64,000 nt of DNA from Octopus bimaculoides (GCF_001194135.2 NC_068984.1:25380355-25444354), one strand, 5' to 3'; positions 14,446 through 27,750 are shown, numbered from the stretch's first letter. Translations and numbers: made by a program. The notes: generated from the sequence alone by a model not told the origin.

Positions 14446-15223
14446 ATAAATAGTTTCAGAAATTGGTCGTTCTTTATGTAGCTAAAGACCCTACTTTTAG
14501 GATCATAAATCCTAAATATATACTCCACCAAAAAAACAAAACAATATTCTTCAGTTTAATTAGTTTTTTTGTACAGTTATAAAACATTGTTTTATGCTCA
14601 CTTAATTTTTTTTTTTTTTCTTTAAAGAAACAAAAATGCTATTGGTGATATGGTAGCTGACATTTTGATGTTTTTTGGTGAAGCTGCACCTGAATGCAAG
14701 TGTTACTAATGTTTTCTATGATATAATTGTTAATTTCCTGAGAAAATGTTGCAAAAGTATGAAATCTACTATGAAAACAAGAGAAAACAGAACATCTCAG
14801 AACTGCTCCTCCACCCAGAAAGGGCAAATACTATTTATAGCATTGATTTATTGTGGTTATGTTTTGAGAAGTAAAAGCATGGCTAAATCTTACTAGATAA
14901 ATGTTCACCTGTTATGCCAATATATTGGTCATAACCCCAATAAAAAGTTTTATATCATTATTTCAATAAATATATCTGTGTGTGTGAGAGAGAGAGAGAG
15001 AGAGAGNNNNNNNNNNNNNNNNNNNNNNNNNNNNNNNNNNNNNNNNNNNNNNNNNNNNNNNNNNNNNNNNNNNNNNNNNNNNNNNNNNNNNNNNNNNNNN
15101 NNNNNNNNNNNNNNNNNNNNNNNNNNNNNNNNNNNNNNNNNNNNNNNNNNNNNNNNNNNNNNNNNNNNNNNNNNNNNNNNNNNNNNNNNNNNNNNNNNNN
15201 NNNNNNNNNNNNNNNNNNNNNNN

Positions 15224-15986
15224 GATTGAACCCAGAACCATATATATATCTTATCTTTTACTTGTTCCAGTCATTAGACTGCAGCCATGCTGGGGCACTG
15301 GCTTGAAGAATTTTAGTTGAACAACCCACCACTACTTCCATTTTTTTAAGCCTGGTACTTATCCAATTGGTCTTTTTTGCCAAACTGCTAAGTTATGGGG
15401 GTGTAAACACACCAGACTAGCTGTCAAGCAATGTTGGGGGGGACAAACACAGACACACAAACATATACACACACATACATACATATATGCATATATACGA
15501 CGGGCTTCTTTCAGTTTCCGTCTACCAAATCCACTCACAAGGTTTTGGTCGGCCCGAGGCTATAGTAGAAGACACTTGCCCAAGGTGCCACGCAGTGGGA
15601 TTGAACCCAGAACCATATATATATCTTATCTTTTACTTGTTCCAGTCATTAGACTGCAGCCATGCTGGGGCACTGGCTTGAAGAATTTTAGTTGAACAAC
15701 CCACCACTACTTCCATTTTTTTAAGCCTGGTACTTATCCAATTGGTCTTTTTTGCCAAACTGCTAAGTTATGGGGGTGTAAACACACCAGACTAGCTGTC
15801 AAGCAATGTTGGGGGGGACAAACACACACACAACAGGCTTCTTTCAGTTTCCATCAGCCAGATCCACTCACAAGGCTTTGGTCAGCCCGAGGCTACAGAA
15901 GAAGATACTTGCTCAAGATGCCACACAGCGGAACTGAGCCTGGAACCATGTGGTTGAGAAGCAAACTTCTTACCACACAACCATGT

Positions 15987-15990
<4 letters not shown>
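15224..15990 (-). mobile_element. Tandem family A SINEs (375-bp period) with a perfect 228-bp duplication
   Basis: 15224-15451 is identical to 15599-15826. The two 5' halves differ. Confidence 0.85.
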
Positions 15991-16023
<33 letters not shown>

Positions 16024-16736
16024 CACGTACACACACACAATCTGGCAATAGAATTATCAATTTTGTATTTAATTAGCAACGATGAACTGTGCACTTAGTC
16101 AAAACAATTAACTCTTATTTGTTTGGTCCAGTAGGCTGTAAATAGTTACCATTAATTGAAATAACTCACTGTTATAAGCATCAAGAGAACTGTATAATTA
16201 ATATTTATTTCTTTAGCCTATAGCATTCAGTTCAATTTTCCTGTGAACTACCAGGAGACAGCATACTACTACACTGGTGCCCATGTTCGAATAAGAACTT
16301 AGCAATTTACTCCACCTTGCCATTAAGTTGCATCTAGTGTACAACAGTCATCAAGCACAGCATATATAAAAATCTATTAGGTGAATATATTATTTAATTA
16401 TTTGACACTAAATATATATTAAAATATAAAATATAAAGCTGAAAAATTAAATTATATATTGAAAAATGTGTATATTAAAATCCTTAACCAGTAAAGCAGA
16501 TGTGCAAACAATCAGAGTAGAAATAATAATAACTGAAGTATTTTTTATACTTATTATATACTACTAAGTTTCTAACAGCTACCATATTTATAACCTAAAT
16601 TATATATATATTACACACACACATACACACACACAAACGATGTCTTCATAAACTACAGGGGATCATAAAGTTGGAGCCTACCTCTATATTCACAAGCATG
16701 AAAAGAGAATCTCTGTTTGATTAGGACTTAGACTGC

Positions 16737-16779
<43 letters not shown>

Positions 16780-17789
16780 AGCCAGAGCCAGTCCTTGAGA
16801 AATGTTTCTGTAATCAAATTCAGAAGTATTGAATAGTATATCACAATTATTAGGCGATCTGAGTATCAACATACTAAAAAATTTTAGTTACTAGTAATAT
16901 TTGTTATAAATATCTCTGCATTGTGTGTGCATCAAGAAGTACAAAATCAAATTTTATAAAAAAAGAGAGCAATCATTATTTACTAAACAATACAATGAAA
17001 ACTTTAAACAGTCCATTATATTGACAGTTACAGTGTTAATACAATGTTTTTAATAGTTTTTCTTGTTCTCTTTTTTTTGTTCCATTCTCCTCTCTCCTTT
17101 AAAATTTATTTCAGCATTTAATGGTCAGTTTCAGTTTACACTTCATGGACCAAAATAGTCTTGGAACTAAGCAATGAAACAGCTGCACTTAGAGCCAGCT
17201 GATTCCTAAAATAAATTGTTTGCACAATTCATTCTCTGTTATTGTTTGATATAAGAGGCTGATGACAAAACTAGCTGGCATGCTGACAGCTATCCCTAAT
17301 CTCTTTAGAACTTGTTTTCTCTCTAAATCAGCATTTCTGCCATTTAGCTCAATGAAACGATTTTAAATCTCTGCTTCTGTTACCTCATCTGCAGTTGTGC
17401 CAATTACAACCCTATGAAGAAGCTACAGGTATTGCTGATAGTTTGAAGCATGAAACTTATCTAGAGTATAAACAACCAATTTATAAATTATTCTGTCCAG
17501 ATTGCATGTTATAGTGTTCTGTATGTGACTCTAATTGGCATGTTTTGTCCAATAAGAATCCTATTCAAACATTAGTTCTGAAAGGTTCACAAGCAACATA
17601 ATATCATTGCTCTCATGGGAGCAATAAATTCATTGTACTGGCTAACTAATTTACTAGTTCTTTGTAGAATTAACACAGATGTATTGATCTATATCAAGCG
17701 TCAACTAAAAGGTACCGAACAACATACTGTGTATGTGTATGCTTGTGTGTGTGCACGAGTGCAGACCATCATCACCATATCCATTTTTT

Positions 17790-18215
17790 TTTTCAAGCTT
17801 GTGTGGGTAAGATGGATCTTTTCCAGCACAGCATTTTGCCACTTGTTGTTAAGTATCATATCTTTTGTGAGGTTCAGCCTCCTGAAGCCAGCTTTTACCA
17901 CACCTAACTATGTTTTCCTTCATGTTCTTATTCAGCAGCATTCTTCTAATTCTACTTCTTTACTAAAGCTGTCATCTTCCATTCACATCACATGACCACA
18001 CCGGCAAAGTCTTCTTTCCTACATAATTCATTAGATTCTTCCAATACTCAACTTTTCTGTCAGCTCACTTGTGCTCAATCTCTGCCTCACACTAACATTA
18101 CACATTTAGTAGAGTATACTTGCCTCAATGCTTTCCAACCACCATACACCATATGCATTCAATCCCCATTTTTCACTACCATGCAACACCACACTTCATG
18201 CACAAATGTTATGTA
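17790..18215 (-). mobile_element. RTE-clade LINE 3' end, decayed
   Basis: Translation with stops: SVVLHGSEKWGLN...EASILY*MCNVSV...ERRLCRCGHVM*MEDD...VKAGFRRLNLTKDM...KWQNAVLEK. This resembles the RTE C-terminal HGSE.W and RRLRW.GHV motifs. Confidence 0.85.
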
Positions 18216-19863
18216 ATTTACACAGGAAAATGGGTGTGTGGTTAAGTCCATTTTACAGTCACATGGTTCAGGGTTCAATCCCACAGCACAGCACAGTGGG
18301 CAACTGGCTTCTTGCATATTTTCAAATTAACCAATACCATGTAAGTGAAATTTGAAAGTTGAAAACTATTCAGAAATTCAGTGTGTGCATGCATGCATGC
18401 ATGCATACGTGCATGTTTATATCAACATGTGATGAACAAAAACATTGATACATTCAAACAGAAATACTTTTCAAATTATCTTTCCTTACACCAATGTTTA
18501 TTTTACATTATATATAATATGAAAAATGAACACCAAAGTCCTGGGATCAATATAATAAATTAAAATTCTGGAATAGTGTGCCCCAGCATGACCACGAGCC
18601 AGTGACTTAAACCAGTAAAAGAAGAATAAAAGAGGTGATAAGCCCATTCTATAGACTGAAACATAACGACCAGTTAGCATGAGCTGACATTAAGCTGCTG
18701 ATTGATTCATTGCAATAAATCTCTACTTTGCAATACTGCTTCACTTGTATGTATGTGTGAACACATGCATCTGTAGATGTGCACATGCATCTTCAGACTC
18801 CAGGTAATTACTCTTTAAATTGAATACTTAATTCCTAATCTCAGATATTATGCTGTTGTTGGGTAAAGCACTCTAATTTACTTACCTTCTCATGTATATA
18901 CTCATCAGGTATATATTGTTTTTAAGAATAGATATACTAAATAACAATGTATAAAAGAAAGAAGAAAGAGGTAAGTGAGAAGGGAACACTCATTTCAGGT
19001 AAAGGCGTAATTCACCAAATTTACCTTGAAGCTACTAGAAGCTCTTAATTTCAATCTCATTAATAACCTTATAAGTTCATGCATGCATAGTCAAAAGGCA
19101 TTCCATTTTGCCCAGGCTGAGAACCCAGCTATATTAAATACAAAACAGCAAAGGCCACTTAGCGAACCTAAATTTATATTTATTTCCTATGTATAATTAA
19201 TCATATCAGAATTGAAATCAATCCACTTTTAGTTTGCTGATATAATTAGAAACAAATATTGTTTATGAAATATTAAATTGAAAAAGAGTAAGTTTAAAAG
19301 TTGGCGATGAAGTTAAAGTTAGCAGCGATTTACAGAGATTTAAATTTTATGCTTGTTAAGATGATCAATGTCTATCAATATATAAAATCTGCTGCTACTA
19401 TTTTTTCAGTAAATTAATTAGTGGGAGACATAACAGTTGCCAATTTGGCAAAGGGAAATAGTCTGGTCAAGTGGTTAGGAAATAGAAAGTTAGCAAGAAG
19501 GAAGTAGAGATGATGATGAAATAACTAGTTGGAGAGTAAGCCAGATAAACTTCGAGATTATTTTTAAATAAACAATAAGGTATATAGGGGAAATGTATAT
19601 CTGCATGCATGTATATATGTGTGTGATTGCATATATAGTTATACGTAAAAGTAATAAAACATTAATTGGAAGTGCACTCATTACATTTAAGTAGAATGTA
19701 AAATTTATTTTTGTAAGGAAAAGGGTGAAAGTGACTTCAAAATTTCACTATTGTCTGACTTCTTCAGACTATTTGATTAAGCTTTTCAACAGCAAAACTA
19801 TGAAGTTACTGTCAATTTTTGCAAGTGTGCGTACATATACATGTATGTATGTATCAGACTTTA

Positions 19864-20797
19864 GGACTTCCACAATCAATATCAGTATAATGATGGGTAG
19901 ATCAAGGGAGACGGTAGAGATGTTGACATGGAAACAAGTACATGTGGGTTGTGTACAAGAAGTGAGATGGAGGGGCAACAAAGCTAGAAATTTTTCAGGG
20001 TGGGTAACAGCAATGACTTTAATGAATATGCTGGGCAACACTATGATGGCTTCTTCAGCATACAGGTACAACAGTATCATCTTTAACTGTTACAAGGTCA
20101 ATGGAGATATTCTAAAGAGAGCAACTACCCGGGTATCAAACTGATGGACCAGGTAAACCTCTCTACTTAGCTTTTATAAATCTAGAAAAGGATGATTTTG
20201 ACTGTGTTCTATACATTATAGTCTGATATTCACTAAGAAATCTAAGGATAAAAAATAGGTTGTGAGAGCTGTACAAGTTCTGAGCAGGTGTGCCATCAGC
20301 AAGGTGGGAGTAAATAATCGTTCATCGTTTAACGTCCGCTTTCCATGGTAGCATGGGTTGGACGATTTGACTGAGGCTCCAATCTGATTTGGCAGAATTT
20401 CTACAGCTGGACGCCCTTCCTAACGCCAACCACTCCAAGAGTGTAGTGGGTGTTTTTACGTGTCACCGGCACGAAGGTCAGTCAGGAAGTACTGGCAACA
20501 GCCACACTCAAAATGGTGTATTTTACGTGCCACCTGCACAGGAGCCAGTCCAGTGGCACTGGCAACGATCTCACAAGCAAAAAATTTAGAATGCAGGTTG
20601 GTGCACATCATGATTCACTTCTCAGCTGTCTTTTGTTTATCAGAGTCTTCCAAGCCAAAACAGAGAAGTTCAAGACTGACTGCCAATTGGAATATTTTAT
20701 GCAATGACCTAGTTCTTATGGCTAAATTGGTTGAAGACTTAAAGAGGAAATTTCAAACTTGGAAGCAAAATCTAGAGCCAAGAAGGCCTAAACCTAA
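19864..20797 (+). mobile_element. RTE-clade LINE with internal deletions (APE and RT blocks), interrupted by a SINE
   Basis: In order: TINISIMMGRSRE...CVQEVRWRG (APE start); DFNEYAGQH (GDFN-like); CYKVNGD/SNYPGIKLMDQ (RT start); KPLYLAFINLEKDDFD; VVRAVQ; QVGAHHDSLLSCLLF; LCNDLVLMA...KFQTWKQNLE. Confidence 0.85.
20319..20574 (-). mobile_element. Family C element inserted antisense into the RTE RT region
   Basis: catcgtttaacgtccgctttccatggtagcatgggttggacg...; the RT reading resumes directly after it (SKKFRMQVG). Confidence 0.85.
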
Positions 20798-21244
20798 CAA
20801 ATTATTTCAAGCTCATATTGTACTAGAGTTGTTTTTGTTCTTTACTTGTCTAAGCATAATAAAAAAGAAAACTAAATGCCAAAAGTGAATTAACATTTTC
20901 AAAACTCTATCTAGAGGCAGATATAAGTAAGAGACTACTAAATACATCAAATATAATATTTTTGTACCAAGCACTGGAATCAAATCCGAGACCACTGGTC
21001 AACCCAAACCTTGAAGGTGGAATTGGGTAGATGGAAACTATGTGGAAGCTCATCATAATAGACTGTATCTGCAATTCACACTGATTCAGTCTGGGAATTA
21101 CACTAAGTATACACATGTCTGTGGAACACTCAGTCACTTACATGTCAATTTAACAAGTAGAGAGTTCAGATGACAGAGCAACTGAATGCTCATCCTCAAA
21201 AATTTCTGGAGGATCCTTCATCATTATCATCATTGTATTATAAG

Positions 21245-21273
21245 TAACAAACCACACATGCATACACAAACAA

Positions 21274-21306
<33 letters not shown>

Positions 21307-21460
21307 AATAGACACACACACAAGCATACACACATACAAACATACATGCATCAACACACAATTATATACACAAATAGACACACACACACAAACATACACA
21401 CATACAAACATACACATATACAAACATGCATGCACCTACCTACACCCACACACAAACGTG
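21245..21460. repeat. Compound (CA)n / CATA microsatellite
   Basis: Direct reading of the sequence. Confidence 0.85.
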
Positions 21461-23147
21461 AGAAAAAACAGAAAAGAACGAAGTCTTCTGGAAATAGAAC
21501 ACAGTTTATGTTTCCTACACTGCAATGAAAACACTGAACTGTTGTTGCCTGGTGGATATATAACCCATTAGATACAAATTCAGTCTTCTCTAATGTTAAT
21601 AATAACAAGAATTGTTTGAGCTTCAATGGTAGTTCAGTACAATTTTCCTCATGTGCCACAATTGTATTGCTCATCAGGCATTAATTAACATTCCTGGATT
21701 ATATACCTGTTGAAGTGAAAGAATTAATTAGGAAGACTAAATGATATGAAAGCTAATACAGAGAATAGATCATAGAGCCAGGAAATGTTTCTAATAAATG
21801 ATGCAGAAATTATTACAAAGTTATCAATAGATTTGGTGATTGTTTTTGTTCTGTTTACTTGTTTATTTGTTTGTTTGTTTTTTCACAGCAAATGTAGTTA
21901 TGTGGAAGGCAACTACATTTACAAATAACCCAATACAAATGTATGTACACACACAGACACACACAATTATTTGTATATCAGTGTGTTTGTATAGGAATGT
22001 TTTTATATGTACAGATATATATACATACTAGTCTCTCTCCCTCCCTCTCTCTCTCTCCCTCTCACTCTCTCTCTCCCTCCCTCTCTCTCTCCCTCTCACT
22101 CTTTCTATGTATGTGTGTGTATATATATGTATAGACATATACACATACAAATATATAATATACACATACATATATATACACACACACATATACGTACACA
22201 TACACGCGCACACGCACTTCATATCTGCTATATAATGGCGTTCCAACCTCGTTTAAACTATATGCATTTACAAAACAATATATTCCAATAATAATAATTA
22301 TATCTAACCCCTGTAACATACTTTATCAATAAATCAAAATAATGTGTGCATGTGTGTGCATATACACATACACCATGCACATAAAGAAATGAGAGTAATG
22401 TTACATCAAAGAGAAGACAAAATACAAATCCACTTTCATTTGCCCAACATGTCATGATTCTTTTAAGGACACGAACAGCAAGAGCCAAACAAATTGATGT
22501 TTATAGTAGCACCAGAAATGAATTGTATTAAGTTGAAATAATACAAAGAAAACAAAACTAAATTATGTTACACAACAAAACTGCTTTAGAAACTTGTCTA
22601 AGTTCCGCCATTGTATACTGAGAAACAGCTAATGGATTTTATTTCATAATTTAGTTAAGCTAGACAAAATATATCAATTTCTTGTGCTGCAAAAAAAAAA
22701 AAAAAGGCATCTGTATTAAAAGTTAGTAGTAAGTTCTTGATGTAATCATCTTTTTTGTTTTGTTTTGTCGGGGCTTTTTGTTTTGCTTTGTTTTTGTTTT
22801 TTTTGTTTTTTTCTATGGATGGTGATGACTGAGAATTTATAAAAACACGAAGGAAAAAAGTTAATAAAAAAAATAAAATTGTGTCAGACAATGGGTGCAG
22901 CAATGGTTACATAGAGGGAAAGTCCACTTTGGTACCATGTGATTTAAAGTTCAATTTCCTGGTGCAGCACAAAACAAACCAAAGCCTTGTAAATTGTGTA
23001 GATGGAAACTGTATGGACATCCATCATATATATTAAAAAAACAAACTTTTTCCTTCTTTTTTTTTTTTTTTTTTAACTTGCTGAGTCTGAAGGAAGAGCG
23101 AAGAACCCATGACCCTTGCAGACCTTCCAGTACTGATGAGATTGATA

Positions 23148-23500
23148 CTATAAACATTCTGCTAACTGTTTTAAGTCAACACACGCAGGAAAGACATAAG
23201 CAGGGAGGAGATTCCAGAGGGATGATGCTCTGGGGATGAAGAACTGGACATAGTAGTCAGTATTGGTTGGCGGGTGCTCAAGCAATGGAGGTATGAAACA
23301 AGCCAGCTCCAAGGAACAGAAGCTATTATGGTAATGGATAGGTCTCAAAATGTCTCTCCTTTTGTTGCAGTTCATTATCAGTTGATCCACGCAGCAACAG
23401 AAGTTCCAGAGAGTTCTTTTATGGTTGGACACCCTCCTTATCATCAACTATTTTTCAGTGTAGAGTAGGCACAATTTGTTATGTCACCAACACTAAAGAT
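23148..23500 (-). mobile_element. CR1-group LINE 3' end, decayed
   Basis: HNSFCSLELACFIPP...YVQFFIPRASSLWNLLPAYVFP matches the CS.EL...PP...SFFPRT..LWNSLP...FP tail of CR1-group ORF2. Confidence 0.7.
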
Positions 23501-24679
23501 GGCCTGTGAGGAGTAACTAGTCCCTGCTACTCTCTTTCAGATTTTGTTCAGAATTACTGGCATCCCAGATGAGTAGTGTAACCTTGTTGATCATCGAGTC
23601 CATATCTCCTCTCTTTGTTCCATCCTGCTTTTGTGTGTGTGTGTGTGTATGAACATATATACATATATATTATGCATATGCACACATAAACACACATGCT
23701 CACACTTATATCAGCAAGAAGTGAGAACCATTATATTCAAACAGAAATGCCAAGCAATAGAACTACACCCCTTTACATCAATGTCCATGTTGTCTTTTAC
23801 ATCTCATAAGAATGAGCACATAAGTACCAGACAAAGTACTGGGGTTGATGTAATTGGCTAAAACGAATGCAGTGCCCAGCATGGCTGCAGTCTTATGACT
23901 GAAACAGTAAAAGAATAATAAAAGACAAACAAAAAATACAAAGATATGATAACAAAATCAATGAAAAACTATTACTGGAAATATTTCAATCATAATGAAA
24001 TCTGGTTTTGTGGCAAATAAAGGGATTAAAAGTTACAAATAAAAAGCAACATCCATAATGAAAAAGTTATTTTAAATGATAAGCAAACAAAGAGATTCTT
24101 AATTTACTTTAAAAAATCTTTACCAAATCATTTTCTTTATGCAATTCTTTTTGTTACTTTTTGTACTCTGTTGTTTTGTTTTGACTTGATTTAAGATCTA
24201 ATATTTATGTTCAATTTTTAAAAGAGAATGTTTTGAACATTAAAGAACAAAAATGTTCCTGGATTTGTATTTATTGATTTAGCTTCAGAAAGAATATAGA
24301 TTAATAACTAAAACAAAATAATTACTAAAATAAAAAAAAAAAATTTTATTTATTGTTGTTTTCTTCAAATTTTTTCTTGTTTTGTTTCATTTGTACATCA
24401 GCAGTACAAACTGGATTTTCATTTTGAGATTTTAGTAAGGGTAAAAAAAAAAAGGAATGGGATTCTTTTGTATTGGAATTCCTGATATTTTTTATATTTA
24501 CAGATGAATAAGCCTTCCTAATGCTAGCACAAAATGTTAACTTTATCATAAAATGGGATTTTTTTATGCACTGATTAGAGGGAGGGGGCTATCAAGTTGA
24601 GGCTTTTTAATATTTTTCCTTTACTACATTACATTGTGAAATTGGTACCAAAGATTTATGACTAGATTCACATCCTCAC

Positions 24680-24743
24680 TTAACCATTCAGCTTCTGCTG
24701 TCATTCGGAACTTGAATTTTCTCATAATTGAAATCATATACCC
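24680..24743 (-). CDS. Candidate internal exon (GYMISIMRKFKFRMTAEAEWL), unidentified
   Basis: actttatcag acceptor, gtgagg donor, one open frame. Confidence 0.18.
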
Positions 24744-25934
24744 CTGATAAAGTTCAGTCTGCCAGAAAAGCTAAGCAGGGATTAAATTTGTAACCTAACA
24801 GCAAGACATGTGTAACCTCACAGCTTGACTAGAGATAATTTCTTAAGATAATACAACTTGCTCAAAAAGATGTCCAAAATATTTAAGTATAATATTCTAG
24901 CAACAACTTCAATTATATTCCACATGGAATTCATCTCCATAAATTTCTTGAGCCCTAGTTTCTAGCTAATCTGGTTTTAAGAGTTAATTCACATCGCATA
25001 TGCAGATGTCTTTGATAAAATAATATAGATATAAAAACTCCTTTTTTTTCTTCTTTGTTTTAAGACACTGTGGTAAATAAATGAACAATATTTCTCTCCC
25101 TTCCTAACACACTTCACACTTGTCTGTCAAATACACTAGAATTTAAATTAAATTATTATTTCTAATCTTAAGTTGAAACTAATAAGAATCAATAATCTTG
25201 AAAAATTAATAATCAATACATAATTTAATTAGTTCTAATACAGTGACATGTGACAAATGTTACACACATCTATTCGATAGTTAATAATTGCTCAGAGAAT
25301 CAAATAGTTAAGCTATGCGGTATAAAATTTCAATGGTAAGGTCAAATGTATGGTTACATCCTGTATGAATTAATCTTACAGCTTATATATATATATAAGC
25401 AAACAAAATATGTTTGCAGGAACAGGCTTCAAGATGGAAATTCAATTAAAAGTGCCCCAGTTTAAAGTGTAGGCAGTTAGTTATAGGATACTGTCAGCTT
25501 TGAGGAAGCTATCTTTTCCGTCCGCATTCTACTCTCAAAGGAGATGGAATCACATGCTTCCATGGTCAGCAACAACTATTATTTCAAACAATACTTCCAA
25601 AGTTTAAATTATGACTAGAAGAAATTCTTGAAAAACAGAGTATTTCACAAGCCAGCATTGTTTTAATGATATAAACATAGAATATGCAAAGTCTGTATCC
25701 ATGAGAAACATATAATTGGAAATTTTTATAATTCAAGAGAAAGAATACCAGCATGAAATTTTAAGGGACATGCTTGATAGGTTATTTTTCATAAGTAAGT
25801 GTATATGGTTCTAATAAGAGAACCAATACATCCTTTTTACAAAAATCTGATTTTATACCTAAGTTTCTTTTTGTTATTTTGTGAAACTATTAAAAATCGG
25901 AGATATATGAAGTATCAGACTAGTGTAGTAGTTG

Positions 25935-26095
25935 CTATCTAACCACAAGTCAATCTTTATTGAAAAGACCAATGATCAAAGACATTCTAGCTGAGATCAT
26001 CCCTCATGACCTTTTTCCAAGGTGCAATGCAACCATGAGCACATTATTCAGTATGTCCTTTTCTAAGATGATATAGCTGCTATTTCTAACTTTTC
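25935..26095 (-). mobile_element. Dispersed repeat family G, diverged copy
   Basis: Shares gctgctatttcta and tgatcaaa(g)acattc(t/c)agc motifs with the copies at 30.0, 46.7, 53.9, 59.9 and 61.3 kb. Confidence 0.5.
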
Positions 26096-26310
26096 AAGCA
26101 ACTGCATAAAACAGGCATGAGGAATTTTTTATCTGATAGTGGATCTATTGAGATGTTACTCTTCAGAAACAGAAGCATACCACAAATTGAATAATTTAAT
26201 AAAATATCATACGTAGAAGAGTACACAAGATACTACATTTTGATAATTCATTGAATTGCCCAACTCAAAATTTTGATCAAAAGGAAGTAAACAAGAAAGA
26301 AAAAGCTTTA

Positions 26311-26355
<45 letters not shown>

Positions 26356-26365
26356 NNNNNNNNNN

Positions 26366-26409
<44 letters not shown>

Positions 26410-27419
26410 AAAACAAAATTGTTCAAACTTACAGAGTCCAACTTAGAGATTAAACTATAAAATATTAGTAAATAACTGTGATTATATAATCATAACATTA
26501 TATATGCCTGGCTGGTGTGTGGCCCAAAGAGCCAAAGACAATCCATGTCTCATGTAAAGACTCTTGCTTAGGCTCTTGTCAAGTAGAGTTAAATGTTTTA
26601 CTGAGAAGCACAATGCATGGCTATTTGTGTACATGCACTGAATTAAAATAAGGGGTGTTGGAATATCATTTTCAGTTTCAACCCTCATGGCTTTCTCTAT
26701 TCATTTCTTAACATTTGGAACAATATGATATGCCAAGGGAATATCTCAGAACTAAATTTAATCGTAACTTATCCAATATCCACCCAAAATTTTCAGGAAG
26801 AAGTGAAACCAGAGAAAATGAAAATACAAACGAAGCAGTTTTATTTTGAAGCTGATACTGTTACAATAGTCACAGTTATTGCTTGAGTAACACTCTGGTA
26901 ATGGTGTAAGTTGACTGGAGTTATGGAAGGAGGTATTGCCAAACCTGGGAACAATAATACCAAAACTCACCAAAACACAAGTGCAAAGGAAGGTAGCCTA
27001 GTTTGGTTACCTGATTAGAGAGTACCTTAACTGACTAAATAGTATCATACAAAGTAATTGAAGTGGGGCATATTACAAATTCCTATGCAGTCCTCAATCC
27101 AAAGCAGTGAAGTGAAGGAGGAATATTGAGAAAAGGGGAAAAGAAGGAAAGAAAAACATTCTAAAACAGGAACATTATCAAGTGTCATAGACTGCCAAAT
27201 TATTGATTCTAATTTCAAAGCAGTAAATATCATTTTCCAAAGTAAAGAATTTGAAAAGAAAGTTAAAAATATTAACAATTTGAAACAAATAAGATTAAAT
27301 ATCAACCACTGCCATCACTCACGAGCAAGCACGACTTGTTTAGCAGCACATTCTATGCCTTTCACTAATAGTTTTAGGAGACCATGTCGTCACAAATAGA
27401 CACAGACAACCATTCAATC

Positions 27420-27750
27420 TACTTATTTCTGACCTAGTAAAACATCCTGGATATGACAAGAAGGACAAATGGGTGCACCAGCATTTGATTGGTTCTTATT
27501 TCAAGTAGATAGGAATAATGTGAAATTAAGTGCCTTGCTCAAGGACACAATGTGAAATGGAGTGCCTTGCTCAAGAGCACAATGTGAAATGGAGTGCCTT
27601 GCTCAAGGACACAATGTGAAATGAAGTGCCTTGCTCAAGGACACAATGTGAAATGAAGTGCCTTGCTCAAAGACATAATTTCCTACCCTGACCAGGAATC
27701 GAAGCCACAATCTTATAAGTATGAACCTAACCACAGAGTTATGTGCCATT
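27420..27750 (-). mobile_element. Diverged tRNA-headed SINE carrying a 5x32-bp internal minisatellite (27517-27676)
   Basis: Unit aatgtgaaatg(g/a)agtgccttgctcaaggacac repeated 5 times. Reverse B-box (ggaatcgaa) and A-box (ctaaccac) lie to the right. Confidence 0.75.

Noticed and set aside
21480-21674. VQCFHCSVG resembling part of a BIR domain
   Set aside because: The other BIR residues are absent and there is no usable acceptor in frame.
27051-27110. WIEDCIGICNMPHF resembling the W..NC.G..N...F part of the DHHC palmitoyltransferase motif
   Set aside because: There is no DHHC upstream, no suitable acceptor before the W, and no other DHHC exons were seen. Treated as chance.
27517-27676. CRISPR-like array of 32-bp units
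   Set aside because: The units are contiguous with no unique spacers, no cas genes are present, and the context is a eukaryotic SINE.
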